This document shows, one piece after another, positions 1 to 8,730 of a DNA stretch of 62,583 nucleotides. The notes under the pieces were generated by a model. That model was not told where the DNA came from and did no database searches. It was given only the letters and a program-made list of their open reading frames with translations. Every line of letters begins with the position of its first letter. The first letter of the stretch is position 1. Source of the stretch: Mollicutes bacterium (GTDB lineage: Bacteria > Bacillota_I > Bacilli_A > RF39 > UBA660). The stretch lies in the NCBI GenBank assembly GCA_012520435.1, contig JAAYOI010000019.1:1-62583 (forward strand). The letters are read 5' to 3'. The translations under genes were made by a program, and so were the position numbers.

Positions 1-35
1 AATGTTGGTGTTTGGTCATAACTTTTTTGAATCAT
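1..35 (-). CDS. First 11 codons of a CDS running off the window (MIQKSYDQTPT...); possibly rsmI by position
   Basis: ATG at 35..33 with a GGTGAT SD-like sequence upstream. It follows the yabB-like gene, as in Bacillus. Too short to confirm. Confidence 0.3.
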   Translation of the reverse strand, partial: MIQKSYDQTPT

Positions 36-43
36 AATATCAC

Positions 44-763
44 CTACTCAAAATACTTTTTAATTTCGTCAGTATAACCACCATCACTATTATGAGTAAT
101 AAGTGGTTTTAATATTTTTAAACCTAGCTTGCCATTTTTTCTTCCTTCAATTAATAAAATATTGGCATCACTACCAATTTTGGGATAAATAAATTGTATT
201 TTTTTAGGTTCTATATTATTTTTGCGCATCAACAAAAGAATATCAATTAAGCGTTCAGGACGATGAACAATTCCTAAAACACCATTATTTTTTAATAATT
301 TTCGACTAATTTTCATAATATCTTCAAGGTTCAAAGTTATTTCATGACGCGCCAATTTGCGTTGATCACTTACATTTAACCTTGATTCTTTATTTACTTT
401 AAAAAAAGGTGGGTTACATACAATAACATCAAAACAATCACTTTCCCATGTTTTATATAGTTCTTTTATATCTCCATGAATTATGGAAATTTGATCTTCT
501 TTATTATTGATTTGTATGGTTTTTTGGGCAAGTTCATAAATTTCTTTTTGAATTTCAACACCTACTATCTTGGCAGATGTTCTAGTTGAAAGAATAAGTG
601 GCATAGGTGCATTACCACATCCTATATCTAATATTTTCTTTTCATTTAAATTTAAAGTAACAAATTGCGGTAGTAACACAGAATCTAAAGAAAAACAAAA
701 CATATCAGGATCTTGAATAATTTTTAAATCTTTATATCCAAGTAAATAATTAATCACTTCCAT
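44..763 (-). CDS. tRNA (adenine-N6)-methyltransferase, YabB/TrmN6-like class I SAM methyltransferase
   Basis: 239 aa. SAM motif ILDIGCGNAPMPL and N6-adenine motif VCNPPFF. holB-yaaT-yabB synteny. Confidence 0.8.
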   Translation of the reverse strand: MEVINYLLGYKDLKIIQDPDMFCFSLDSVLLPQFVTLNLNEKKILDIGCGNAPMPLILSTRTSAKIVGVEIQKEIYELAQKTIQINNKEDQISIIHGDIKELYKTWESDCFDVIVCNPPFFKVNKESRLNVSDQRKLARHEITLNLEDIMKISRKLLKNNGVLGIVHRPERLIDILLLMRKNNIEPKKIQFIYPKIGSDANILLIEGRKNGKLGLKILKPLITHNSDGGYTDEIKKYFE

Positions 764-1547
764 TGTTATCCCTTGCCATATCTATTATTCCTACATCAGG
801 AACTTCTACTTTATATTTTCCTTCAATAATATCAAGGCTTACAACTTTACCAATTCTCTCACTAGTCTCAACTTTATCACCAATATCAGGTAACCCTTTG
901 CGATATTCTGAGTAACATTCATCTTCATATTTCAAACAACACAATAATCTTCCGCATAAACCATTTATCTTCGTCGGATTTAATGATAAATTTTGGTTTT
1001 TCGCCATATTTATAGAAACAGAATCAAAATCACACAAAAATTGCGAACAACATAAACATCTTCCGCATAAACCAATACCACCAGTTTCTTTAGCACGATC
1101 TCTTACACCAACTTGTCTAAGTTCAATTCTTGTTTTGTAAATAGATGCTAAAGCTTTAGCTAATTCTCTAAAATCAACACGTTGATCAGATACAAAATAA
1201 AACATAAGTTGATTACGATCAAAAGTAAAACTAGCATCAATAACTTGCATATCAAGTTCAAATTTTTTAACTAATTCACGACATTTTATAATTGCTTCTC
1301 TAGCATCCCTTAAATTATTTTTATGTTGACGATAATCTTGTTTGGATGCTATACGAATTATTTTCTTTAACGGTGTTTTAATTTTTGATTCGTCAATTTC
1401 TATAACATCTGTTGCAACCTTACCAAATTGTAAACCACGTTCTGTTTCTACAATAACTGTTACATTTTTCTTAATAACATAATTATTTGGTAAAAAGTAA
1501 TATACTTGTCCCTTTTCTTTTAGTTTTACACCAATTACCTCAACCAT
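750..1547 (-). CDS. ricT: PSP1-domain protein RicT/YaaT (stage 0 sporulation protein YaaT family)
   Basis: 265 aa. Cys-rich motifs GLCGRCLCC and LCGRLLCCLKYE typical of YaaT. Lies downstream of holB. Confidence 0.85.
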   Translation of the reverse strand: MVEVIGVKLKEKGQVYYFLPNNYVIKKNVTVIVETERGLQFGKVATDVIEIDESKIKTPLKKIIRIASKQDYRQHKNNLRDAREAIIKCRELVKKFELDMQVIDASFTFDRNQLMFYFVSDQRVDFRELAKALASIYKTRIELRQVGVRDRAKETGGIGLCGRCLCCSQFLCDFDSVSINMAKNQNLSLNPTKINGLCGRLLCCLKYEDECYSEYRKGLPDIGDKVETSERIGKVVSLDIIEGKYKVEVPDVGIIDMARDNNGSD

Positions 1548-2507
1548 TTATATCTCCCCTAACATTATAACAAGCTTGTCCATTAGTAAATTATTATTAA
1601 CATTTACATTTATATTATCTTTTAATTTAAGCACTAATTTTATTTTATCACAAATACTATTAATTGTATTTAATTTAAGTATTTTTTCCAAATCATCCTG
1701 ATAATCTACAAATATCTCTATTTTCTTGTTTAATTTTAAATTCATTAAATCTTTATAAAATAAAATAATAATATCAAAAGCATTCATTATATCCTCTTTA
1801 GAATTAAAAAAATCATGCCATAATTTATTAATATGTAGCAAGGTGTCAATTTTATTATTTTCTAAAAATTTTATAAATTCAATAATTTTTTTTATTTTAA
1901 ATTCACTATTGTTATCATTGACAAATGCCTCTATTAAAGTTTTTCTATTAAATATAGTGTTTGCAATTCTTTCTAAAGTTGTAACATTTCTATTAATTTC
2001 TTTGTTTTTGTTAAGCGAAATTATTTGACATCTAGAGACAATTGTATCTAATAATTGATGAATATTATCAGTTGTAAGAATTGCAATAATATTTTCTTCG
2101 GGTTCTTCCAAAAACTTTAATATAGAATTAGCTGCTTTAGAGTTCATTTTTTCGGCTTTATTAATTATATATATTCTTTTAGAAGCTTCTATAGCCTTTT
2201 TACTAAACTCTTCTTGTAATTTATCAATTTGTTCTTTTTTAATCCACATCCCGTCTGGTTCTATTATCATAAGCTCAGAAAAAGAATTATTGTCAATTTT
2301 TTCACAAATACTACAATTTCCACAATTATTTTTATTTTCATAATGATTAAAACATAACAAATACTTGGCAAAAGCAATAGCTATATCTAATGATCTAGAA
2401 TACCCATTTGCCTCAAATAAATATGCATGCGAAATTTTCTTTTTAATGATAGAATTTCGAATTAAACGATATGCTAAAGGTTGTTCAGTAATAAATTCTT
2501 CTAACAT
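1548..2507 (-). CDS. holB: DNA polymerase III subunit delta-prime
   Basis: 319 aa. N-terminal HAYLFEANGYSR and a zinc-module-like CGNCSICEKI. AAA+-like fold length. Conserved position. Confidence 0.85.
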   Translation of the reverse strand: MLEEFITEQPLAYRLIRNSIIKKKISHAYLFEANGYSRSLDIAIAFAKYLLCFNHYENKNNCGNCSICEKIDNNSFSELMIIEPDGMWIKKEQIDKLQEEFSKKAIEASKRIYIINKAEKMNSKAANSILKFLEEPEENIIAILTTDNIHQLLDTIVSRCQIISLNKNKEINRNVTTLERIANTIFNRKTLIEAFVNDNNSEFKIKKIIEFIKFLENNKIDTLLHINKLWHDFFNSKEDIMNAFDIIILFYKDLMNLKLNKKIEIFVDYQDDLEKILKLNTINSICDKIKLVLKLKDNINVNVNNNLLMDKLVIMLGEI

Positions 2508-2520
2508 AGGCCACCTCTTT

Positions 2521-2718
2521 TTAAAAAACTAGTAAAAGAATCACAATTAAAGAAAAAAGTGCAGGTATTCCAAGAATTGTTAATAATAATACCGTTACAA
2601 TATTAATTGGTATTATTAAGCCTAACGGTGATGCAATCAAATTATACCCATATAATAAAAAAGCACTAAAAATCATTTTCTTAATAAAATAAAATATTTT
2701 TTTTAACATTTTGTCCAC
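2521..2718 (-). CDS. bofA: BofA-family small membrane protein (pro-sigma-K processing inhibitor-like)
   Basis: 65 aa, two TM segments. NLIASPLGLIIPINIVTVLLLTILGIPALFSLIVI resembles the B. subtilis BofA core (..LGIHVPINLVT..ILGIPG..). recR-bofA synteny. Confidence 0.7.
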   Translation of the reverse strand: MDKMLKKIFYFIKKMIFSAFLLYGYNLIASPLGLIIPINIVTVLLLTILGIPALFSLIVILLLVF

Positions 2719-2748
2719 CTCAATAAATCTTATGTTATCGATTGAGGT

Positions 2749-3348
2749 TTATGAAATCTTTTTCCGATCTTCTAAAGCCATTTCCAAGGTAATAGTATCA
2801 ATATAATCAATATCGGCACCAATTGGAATACCATGAGCAATTTTTGATACTACTACATTGGTTCCTTCAAGCATTTTAGATATATATAAAGCTGTTGTTT
2901 CTCCTTCTACACTTGGTTTAACAGCAATTATAATTTCCTTAATATTTACTTCATCAATTCTTTTAAATAAAGAATCAATATTTATATCTTCCGGATTAAT
3001 GCCTTCTAATGGTGATATTAAACCATTTAAAACATGATATAATCCATTATATTTTCCTATTTTTTCGAATAAAATAATATTTTTTGGCTCTTCAACTATA
3101 CATATTGTACTACGATCACGTTTTTCATCTTTACATATATCACACAAGTTATCTTCTGTAAAATTATTACATATAGAACATCTCTTTATTTTTATTTTAA
3201 TATCTTTTAAACTATCATAAAATAATTCAATTATCTCATCATCTAATTTCATGGTTGCTAGAGCGAGTCTTTCTGCTGTTTTTTCGCCAATACCAGGTAA
3301 TTTTTTAAAGCAATTAATTAAATTTCTAATAGTATTTGGATAATTCAT
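2749..3348 (-). CDS. recR: Recombination protein RecR
   Basis: 199 aa. LPGIGEKTAERLA helix-hairpin-helix, C4 zinc finger CSICNN..CDIC, Toprim region. Confidence 0.95.
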   Translation of the reverse strand: MNYPNTIRNLINCFKKLPGIGEKTAERLALATMKLDDEIIELFYDSLKDIKIKIKRCSICNNFTEDNLCDICKDEKRDRSTICIVEEPKNIILFEKIGKYNGLYHVLNGLISPLEGINPEDINIDSLFKRIDEVNIKEIIIAVKPSVEGETTALYISKMLEGTNVVVSKIAHGIPIGADIDYIDTITLEMALEDRKKIS

Positions 3349-3350
3349 AA

Positions 3351-3647
3351 TTAAAACAAACCTGGCAATCCTCTAGTATATTTACCAATTTTTTCTTCTG
3401 TTGCTTTATCTATTTTCTTTATGGCATCATTAACAGCAATCAAAATCATATCCTCTAGCATTTCAATTTCATCATTTTCTATTTTTTCTGCATCGATTTT
3501 TACCTTAAGTAACTCTTTTTTTCCATTCATTTCAACACTTACTAATGATGATTTGCCTTCAAAAATAGATTTATCAATTTCTTCTTTTGCATCCATCATT
3601 TCTTTTTGTAATTTTTGAGCTTGCTTTAACATTGATTGTATATTCAT
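3351..3647 (-). CDS. ybaB: YbaB/EbfC nucleoid-associated protein
   Basis: 98 aa. MLKQAQKLQKEM... and a C-terminal GLPGLF. dnaX-ybaB-recR synteny. Confidence 0.9.
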   Translation of the reverse strand: MNIQSMLKQAQKLQKEMMDAKEEIDKSIFEGKSSLVSVEMNGKKELLKVKIDAEKIENDEIEMLEDMILIAVNDAIKKIDKATEEKIGKYTRGLPGLF

Positions 3648-3659
3648 TTTTTTCCTCCT

Positions 3660-5378
3660 TTATTTATATTGAACTATTTGTCCAAATAATTGTTCAATAT
3701 CATTATTCTCTTTATTTTTATTATCATTTAATATTTCTTTTAAATTAAAATTCTCCTCAATATATTCATATTTTTTTGTGTTACTTTTATATTCTTTTTT
3801 AATTATTTCCCAATCATTTTTGTCAGTAGCAATTACTCGACAATTAATTTTACAAAAATTTGACAAAAGTTTTTCAACTTTTAAAATATTTTTGTTGAAA
3901 ATTTCTGATAATCTTGGTGTCTCATATACAAAAACTAAGTAATCTAACCCTGCTGCTTTAGGTTCACCATCAAGAATCATTGACACTATTGCACTATATT
4001 TTGGATTTAAAATTAAAGTTTGTATTTCACTAATTTTTTGTTTTAATTCTGATAATTTCTTTTTACTAACAGCTGTTAAAGTATTATTTATTCTGATTTT
4101 CTTAACCATTTCAAGTTCTTTAATTTCTTCTTTTTTTTCAATTTTTTTGTTGTCAACATTATTATTTGTTTGCTTTTCTTTTACGTTTTTCTTTTCTTGT
4201 TCTTTATCTTTTTTTACACTATTCTCTTGAGGTAGTATTTGATTATCTTTTTCTACTCTTTTATTATTTTCCATCTCTTTTTTTACATTATTTTCATTAA
4301 TATGATTATTATTTATTAATTTTATCACTAATAATTCTAAAACAATTTTAGGACTATTATAACTTTTCATATCATTTAATGCTTGATTCAAATTATTAAT
4401 AAAATCAAAAAGATATTCATTTGTTGTTTTTTTGCTGATTGTATTTAATATTTCATCATTAAATGTATCATCATTATATTTTTTACTAACATTTTTTTTT
4501 ATTAGAACATTTCTAGCAAAATTAATCATTTCTTCTGTTAATTTTACTAAATTCTTACCTTTGTCATTATATTTATCTATCATTTTTAATGTTTTTTCAA
4601 CATTTTTATCAATTATAGCTTCAATTAATTCAAATAATTCACTCTGTGGCAAAGTACCATTTACCTCATGAACATCGTTTAAAGTTATTTTATCGTTGGA
4701 ATATGCTAGAACTTGATCTAAAATGCTAATAGCATCTCTTAATCCACCATCAGCCAATCTTGAAATTTCTGATAATGCTTCTAGTTCAATTTCAATTTTT
4801 TCTTTATTAACTATTTCTTGAAGTTTTTCTAATATTTTTCTTTCACTAATTTTCTTAAAATCAAATCTTTGACACCTAGATAAAATTGTTAAAGGAATTT
4901 TATGTGGTTCAGTTGTTGCGAGTATGAAAATAATATGTGCAGGTGGCTCTTCCAATGTTTTTAATAAAGCATTAAAAGCACCAACTGTTAACATATGAAC
5001 TTCGTCAATTATATATACTTTGTATTTACTATTAGATGGAACTAAATTAACCTTACTTTTTAATTCTCTTATCTCATCTATACCATTGTTTGATGCAGCA
5101 TCTATTTCAATAATATCATTTGTTTGTCTATTATTGATTTGTGTACAACTTACACACTCATTGCATGGTTTATCACCTTGTAAATTATAGCAATTTATAG
5201 TTTTAGCCAAGATTTTAGCAACACTAGTTTTTCCAGTTCCGCGAGGACCAGAAAATAAGTATGCGTGACTTAGTTTGTTATTTAAAACTGCATTTTTTAA
5301 AATTTTAACTATAACATCTTGTCCTACAACCTCATCAAAAGTTTGAGGCCTATACTTTCTATATAATGCTTGATACAT
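3660..5378 (-). CDS. dnaX: DNA polymerase III subunit tau (gamma/tau)
   Basis: 572 aa. YRKYRPQTFDEVVGQ, Walker A GPRGTGKTS, zinc module CNECVSC, and a K/E/N-rich linker. Confidence 0.95.
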   Translation of the reverse strand: MYQALYRKYRPQTFDEVVGQDVIVKILKNAVLNNKLSHAYLFSGPRGTGKTSVAKILAKTINCYNLQGDKPCNECVSCTQINNRQTNDIIEIDAASNNGIDEIRELKSKVNLVPSNSKYKVYIIDEVHMLTVGAFNALLKTLEEPPAHIIFILATTEPHKIPLTILSRCQRFDFKKISERKILEKLQEIVNKEKIEIELEALSEISRLADGGLRDAISILDQVLAYSNDKITLNDVHEVNGTLPQSELFELIEAIIDKNVEKTLKMIDKYNDKGKNLVKLTEEMINFARNVLIKKNVSKKYNDDTFNDEILNTISKKTTNEYLFDFINNLNQALNDMKSYNSPKIVLELLVIKLINNNHINENNVKKEMENNKRVEKDNQILPQENSVKKDKEQEKKNVKEKQTNNNVDNKKIEKKEEIKELEMVKKIRINNTLTAVSKKKLSELKQKISEIQTLILNPKYSAIVSMILDGEPKAAGLDYLVFVYETPRLSEIFNKNILKVEKLLSNFCKINCRVIATDKNDWEIIKKEYKSNTKKYEYIEENFNLKEILNDNKNKENNDIEQLFGQIVQYK

Positions 5379-5439
5379 TTTTCCACCTCGCTATTTTATT
5401 ATTATAACATTTTTAATACTATAAAAAAAGAAAAAAAAT

Positions 5440-5889
5440 TTACTTTATTCTTTTTGTTTTAAAAAATTCTTTTAATATTTTTTGAGATTCTTCTTCTAAA
5501 ACACCTCGTACAATTTTTACCTTATGATTATTTTTTTTATTGTTTAAAACATTTTCTATGCTACCAGCAAAACCAAATTTTTCGTTTGTTGTTGCATATA
5601 TTACCCGGGAAATCCTTGATTGTATTATAGCACCAGCACACATTAAACAAGGTTCTAAAGTTATATATAATTCACATCCATCTAAATACCATGAATTTAA
5701 TTTTTTACAAGCTTTTTCAATTGCTATTATTTCTGCATGTCTGGTTGCTATTTTTTTTATTTCTTTTTGATTATGTGCCCGGGAAATAATTTTATTATCT
5801 TTTACAATTACAGCACCAACAGGAACATCGCCATTTAAAAAAGATTTTTTTGCTTCTTTTAAAGCTTCTAACATATATTTTTCCTTCAT
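5440..5889 (-). CDS. tadA: tRNA-specific adenosine deaminase TadA
   Basis: Start moved to ATG 5889 (MKEKYMLEAL..., GGGTGGTG SD), because the ORF-track start at 5919 overlaps the SRP RNA. CDA motifs HAEIIAI and PCLMCAGAI. Confidence 0.9.
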   Translation of the reverse strand: MKEKYMLEALKEAKKSFLNGDVPVGAVIVKDNKIISRAHNQKEIKKIATRHAEIIAIEKACKKLNSWYLDGCELYITLEPCLMCAGAIIQSRISRVIYATTNEKFGFAGSIENVLNNKKNNHKVKIVRGVLEEESQKILKEFFKTKRIK

Positions 5890-5910
5890 TTTCACCACCC
5901 ATAAAAAAGT

Positions 5911-5983
5911 GACACGCACATATAGGGATTCTTAAGGCTGCTATTTTCCAATCCTGACCTGGTTCGAATATATATGTCGTGTC
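5911..5983 (-). ncRNA. ffs: Small (4.5S-type, about 73 nt) signal recognition particle RNA
   Basis: The minus strand reads GACACGACAUAUAUAUUCGAACCAGGUCAGGAUUGGAAAAUAGCAGCCUUAAGAAUCCCUAUAUGUGCGUGUC. It has the conserved helix-8 ACCAGGUCAGG..GGAA..AGCAGCC, pairing 5' and 3' ends, a U6 tail, and an upstream TTGATT/TATATT promoter-like pair. Confidence 0.8.
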
Positions 5984-6041
5984 TATATAAATATATACTA
6001 TTATTATTAATAAATCAACTTTTGTTATATATTTTTATTAT

Positions 6042-6275
6042 TGTTTCACGTGAAACATATATTTTTATTAATTAATGTTTCACGTGGAACATAAGGATTT
6101 TTACTTGCTTATATGTTTCACGTGAAACATAAGGATTTTTACTTGCTTATATGTTTCACGTGGAACATAAAGAGTTATTTATTAGATATTTTACATTAAA
6201 TATGAATTTTTCTATCTATTAATGTTCCACGTGAAACTAAATCATTGTTTAAAAAATCATGTTTCACGTGAAACA
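6042..6275. promoter_or_regulatory. parS: Array of six parS (ParB/Spo0J centromere) sites
   Basis: 16-mers at 6042, 6076, 6114, 6152, 6223 and 6260 read TGTTTCACGTGAAACA (x3), TGTTTCACGTGGAACA (x2) and TGTTCCACGTGAAACT. The consensus is TGTTNCACGTGAAACA. Confidence 0.85.
6075..6170. repeat. 38-bp tandem direct repeat (about 2.5 copies), each unit carrying one parS
   Basis: 6075-6112 and 6113-6150 are identical except for one G/A inside parS (ATGTTTCACGTGRAACATAAGGATTTTTACTTGCTTAT). A third partial copy spans 6151-6170. Confidence 0.9.
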
Positions 6276-6284
6276 TGATTTTTT
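6251..6284 (-). terminator. Probable gyrA intrinsic terminator formed by a 34-nt perfect palindrome containing parS-6
   Basis: AAAAAATCATGTTTCACGTGAAACATGATTTTTT. The stem is flanked by A6/T6 and overlaps the gyrA stop codon by 2 nt. Confidence 0.55.
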
Positions 6285-8721
6285 ATTTAGAACTAGCTTC
6301 ATCTTCTTTTTTAATTAAAGCTATTGTACTAACTCTTTGTTGATCACGAAGATTAATTAATCTTACTCCCTGTGCTATTCTACCTGTTTGTGATACTTGC
6401 TCTAAAAAAATTCTAATAATTATGCCATGATTAGTTGTTATCATTAACTCTTCATCACCATAAACAGTTTTGAATGCAACAATTTTTCCATTTTTTTCTG
6501 TTATATTTAATGTTTTTACACCTTTACTACCACGATGTGTCATTCTATATTCATTTATTTTAGTTCTTTTCCCATAACCATTTTCAGTAACAACTAAAAT
6601 TTCTTGATCTGATGTCCCCGTTTCGCAACCTACACATTTACTATTACTAACTTCAATTCCTTTAACACCGGCTGCTGTTCTTCCCATAACTCTAACTTCT
6701 TTTTCATCAAATCTAACCATTCTACCATCTGATGTTCCCATTAATATCTCACTATCACCGTTAGTCTTTTTAACAGATATTAATTGATCATCCTCTTTTA
6801 ATGTAATTGCAATTTTTCCTGTTTTTCTAATATTTTCAAATTCTAATAATAAAGTACGCTTAATCAATCCATTTTGTGTTCCAAATACAATATATTTGTA
6901 TTCTTCATTATTACTTACTTTTAGCATTGCTTTAATTTCTTCATCACTTTCAAGAGGTAATAAATTAATTATAGGTAAACCTTTTGCTTGACGATTATAG
7001 GCTGGAACCTCATAACCTTTAATCCTATAAACCTTACCTTTATTTGTAAAGAACATTAAATAATCATGCGTTTTTAATGATATTATATTTTCAACAAAAT
7101 CGTCTTCATTTGTTGTCATTCCTTTTATTCCAACACCACCACGATTTTGAGTTTTATAAGTTTCAGCTTCTATTCTTTTTATATAGCCTTTATTGGTTAA
7201 AGTTACAACTATATCTTCAATAGGTATCAACGATTCATCTTCAATATTTTCCATAGAAGTCATATCTATTCTTGTTCGACGTTCATCATTATACTTTCCT
7301 TTTATTTCTAATAATTCTTCTTTTATTATTTTTAAAACTTTTTCTTCAGATGCTAAAATTGATCTATATTCTTCAATTAATTTTTTTAATTCTATTAATT
7401 CTTCTTCTATTTTACTTCTTTCTAAACTTGTTAATCTTCTTAATTTCATTTCAAGAATAGCTTGCGCTTGTGGTTCTGTTAATAAAAATTTACTAATTAA
7501 TTGTTGTAATGCATCTTCATCATTCTTTGAATTTTTAATTGTATTTACTACATCATCAATATTATCGAGCGCTATTTGCAAACCTTCTATAATATGTGCG
7601 CGTTTTTCTGATTTATCTAAATCAAATTTTGTTCTTCTTATAATAATTGATTTTTGATAATCAATATATTTCTCAATAATATCAACAAGTCCTAAAGTCA
7701 TCGGACGACCATCAACTAACATTAAAAAATTAATACCATAAGAAATTTGTAATGGTGTATGTTTATATAAATTATTTAATAAAACATTTGAATTATAACC
7801 ATTTTTAACATCAATTACAATTCTAATTCCTTCTAAAGCTGATTCGTCATTTAGATTGCTAATTCCTTCTGTTTGCTTATCTCTAACTAATTCTGCAATT
7901 TTAGTAATCAAATCCGATTTGTTAACTTGATATGGTATTTCTGTAATAATTATTCGTACTTTATCATTATCTTCTTCTATTTCTGCTTTTCCTCTAACTA
8001 TGATAGTTCCTTTTCCAGTTTCATACGCTCTTCTTATACCACTATTTCCTAAAATATAACCTGCTGTAGGAAAATCTGGACCTTTTATGTATTCCATTAA
8101 TTCATCAACAGTAATATCTTTATTTTCAATATAGGCAATACATCCATCAATAACTTCACCTAAATTATGAGGTGGAATATTAGTCGCCATACCAACAGCT
8201 ATACCCATATTTCCATTAACTAAAATATTAGGATACCTAGATGGTAAAACGACTGGTTCTTTTCTTTGACCATCATAATTATCAACGAAATCTACAGTAT
8301 CTTTATTTATATCACGCAAAAGTTCCATAGAAATTTTAGATAATCTTGCTTCAGTATAACGTGAAGCCGCTGGACTATCACCATCAATTGAACCAAAATT
8401 TCCATGACCATCAACTAAAATATGTCTATATGTAAAATCTTGGGCCATTCTTACCATACTATCATAAATTGCTGTATCTCCATGTGGATGATAATGTCCC
8501 ATTACAGCCCCTACTGCATTCGCACTTTTTTGATGTTTTTTATCGGGAAACATTCCTTCTTCATACATTGTATATAATATACGTCTATGAACTGGCTTTA
8601 ACCCGTCTCGAAGATCAGGAATTGCTCTTGAAACTATTACACTCATTGAATAATCTAAAAATGACGTTCTAACTTCATTAGATATATCAACTTCTATCAT
8701 TTTATCTTTAATATTTTCCAT
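6283..8721 (-). CDS. gyrA: DNA gyrase subunit A
   Basis: 812 aa. [14 protein letters not shown] and the catalytic-Tyr region [10 protein letters not shown]. Lies downstream of gyrB. Confidence 0.97.
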   Translation of the reverse strand: MENIKDKMIEVDISNEVRTSFLDYSMSVIVSRAIPDLRDGLKPVHRRILYTMYEEGMFPDKKHQKSANAVGAVMGHYHPHGDTAIYDSMVRMAQDFTYRHILVDGHGNFGSIDGDSPAASRYTEARLSKISMELLRDINKDTVDFVDNYDGQRKEPVVLPSRYPNILVNGNMGIAVGMATNIPPHNLGEVIDGCIAYIENKDITVDELMEYIKGPDFPTAGYILGNSGIRRAYETGKGTIIVRGKAEIEEDNDKVRIIITEIPYQVNKSDLITKIAELVRDKQTEGISNLNDESALEGIRIVIDVKNGYNSNVLLNNLYKHTPLQISYGINFLMLVDGRPMTLGLVDIIEKYIDYQKSIIIRRTKFDLDKSEKRAHIIEGLQIALDNIDDVVNTIKNSKNDEDALQQLISKFLLTEPQAQAILEMKLRRLTSLERSKIEEELIELKKLIEEYRSILASEEKVLKIIKEELLEIKGKYNDERRTRIDMTSMENIEDESLIPIEDIVVTLTNKGYIKRIEAETYKTQNRGGVGIKGMTTNEDDFVENIISLKTHDYLMFFTNKGKVYRIKGYEVPAYNRQAKGLPIINLLPLESDEEIKAMLKVSNNEEYKYIVFGTQNGLIKRTLLLEFENIRKTGKIAITLKEDDQLISVKKTNGDSEILMGTSDGRMVRFDEKEVRVMGRTAAGVKGIEVSNSKCVGCETGTSDQEILVVTENGYGKRTKINEYRMTHRGSKGVKTLNITEKNGKIVAFKTVYGDEELMITTNHGIIIRIFLEQVSQTGRIAQGVRLINLRDQQRVSTIALIKKEDEASSK

Positions 8722-8730
8722 AATTTCCCC

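Noticed and set aside
6075-6170. 38-bp tandem repeats as a small CRISPR array
   Set aside because: There are only about 2.5 copies. The units abut with no unique spacers, each unit is dominated by the parS palindrome, and no cas genes are present.
6042-6275. CACGTG-centred palindromes as cre (CcpA), Rex or other transcription-factor operators
   Set aside because: The full 16-mer matches parS (TGTTNCACGTGAAACA) at 15-16 of 16 positions. It does not fit the cre (TGWNANCGNTNWCA) or Rex (TTGTGAA-N4-TTCACAA) consensus.
7193-7657. Antisense ORFs inside gyrA, and similar ones in holB, ybaB, dnaX, tadA, gyrB, dnaN, dnaA, jag, mnmG, uvrB, ychF, ssb, rplP, rplF/rplR, adk, rplQ, SDR, ecfA1, truA, groES and groEL
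   Set aside because: They are typical AT-rich-genome shadow ORFs with S/F/L/I-rich translations. Each is embedded in a conserved gene on the other strand.
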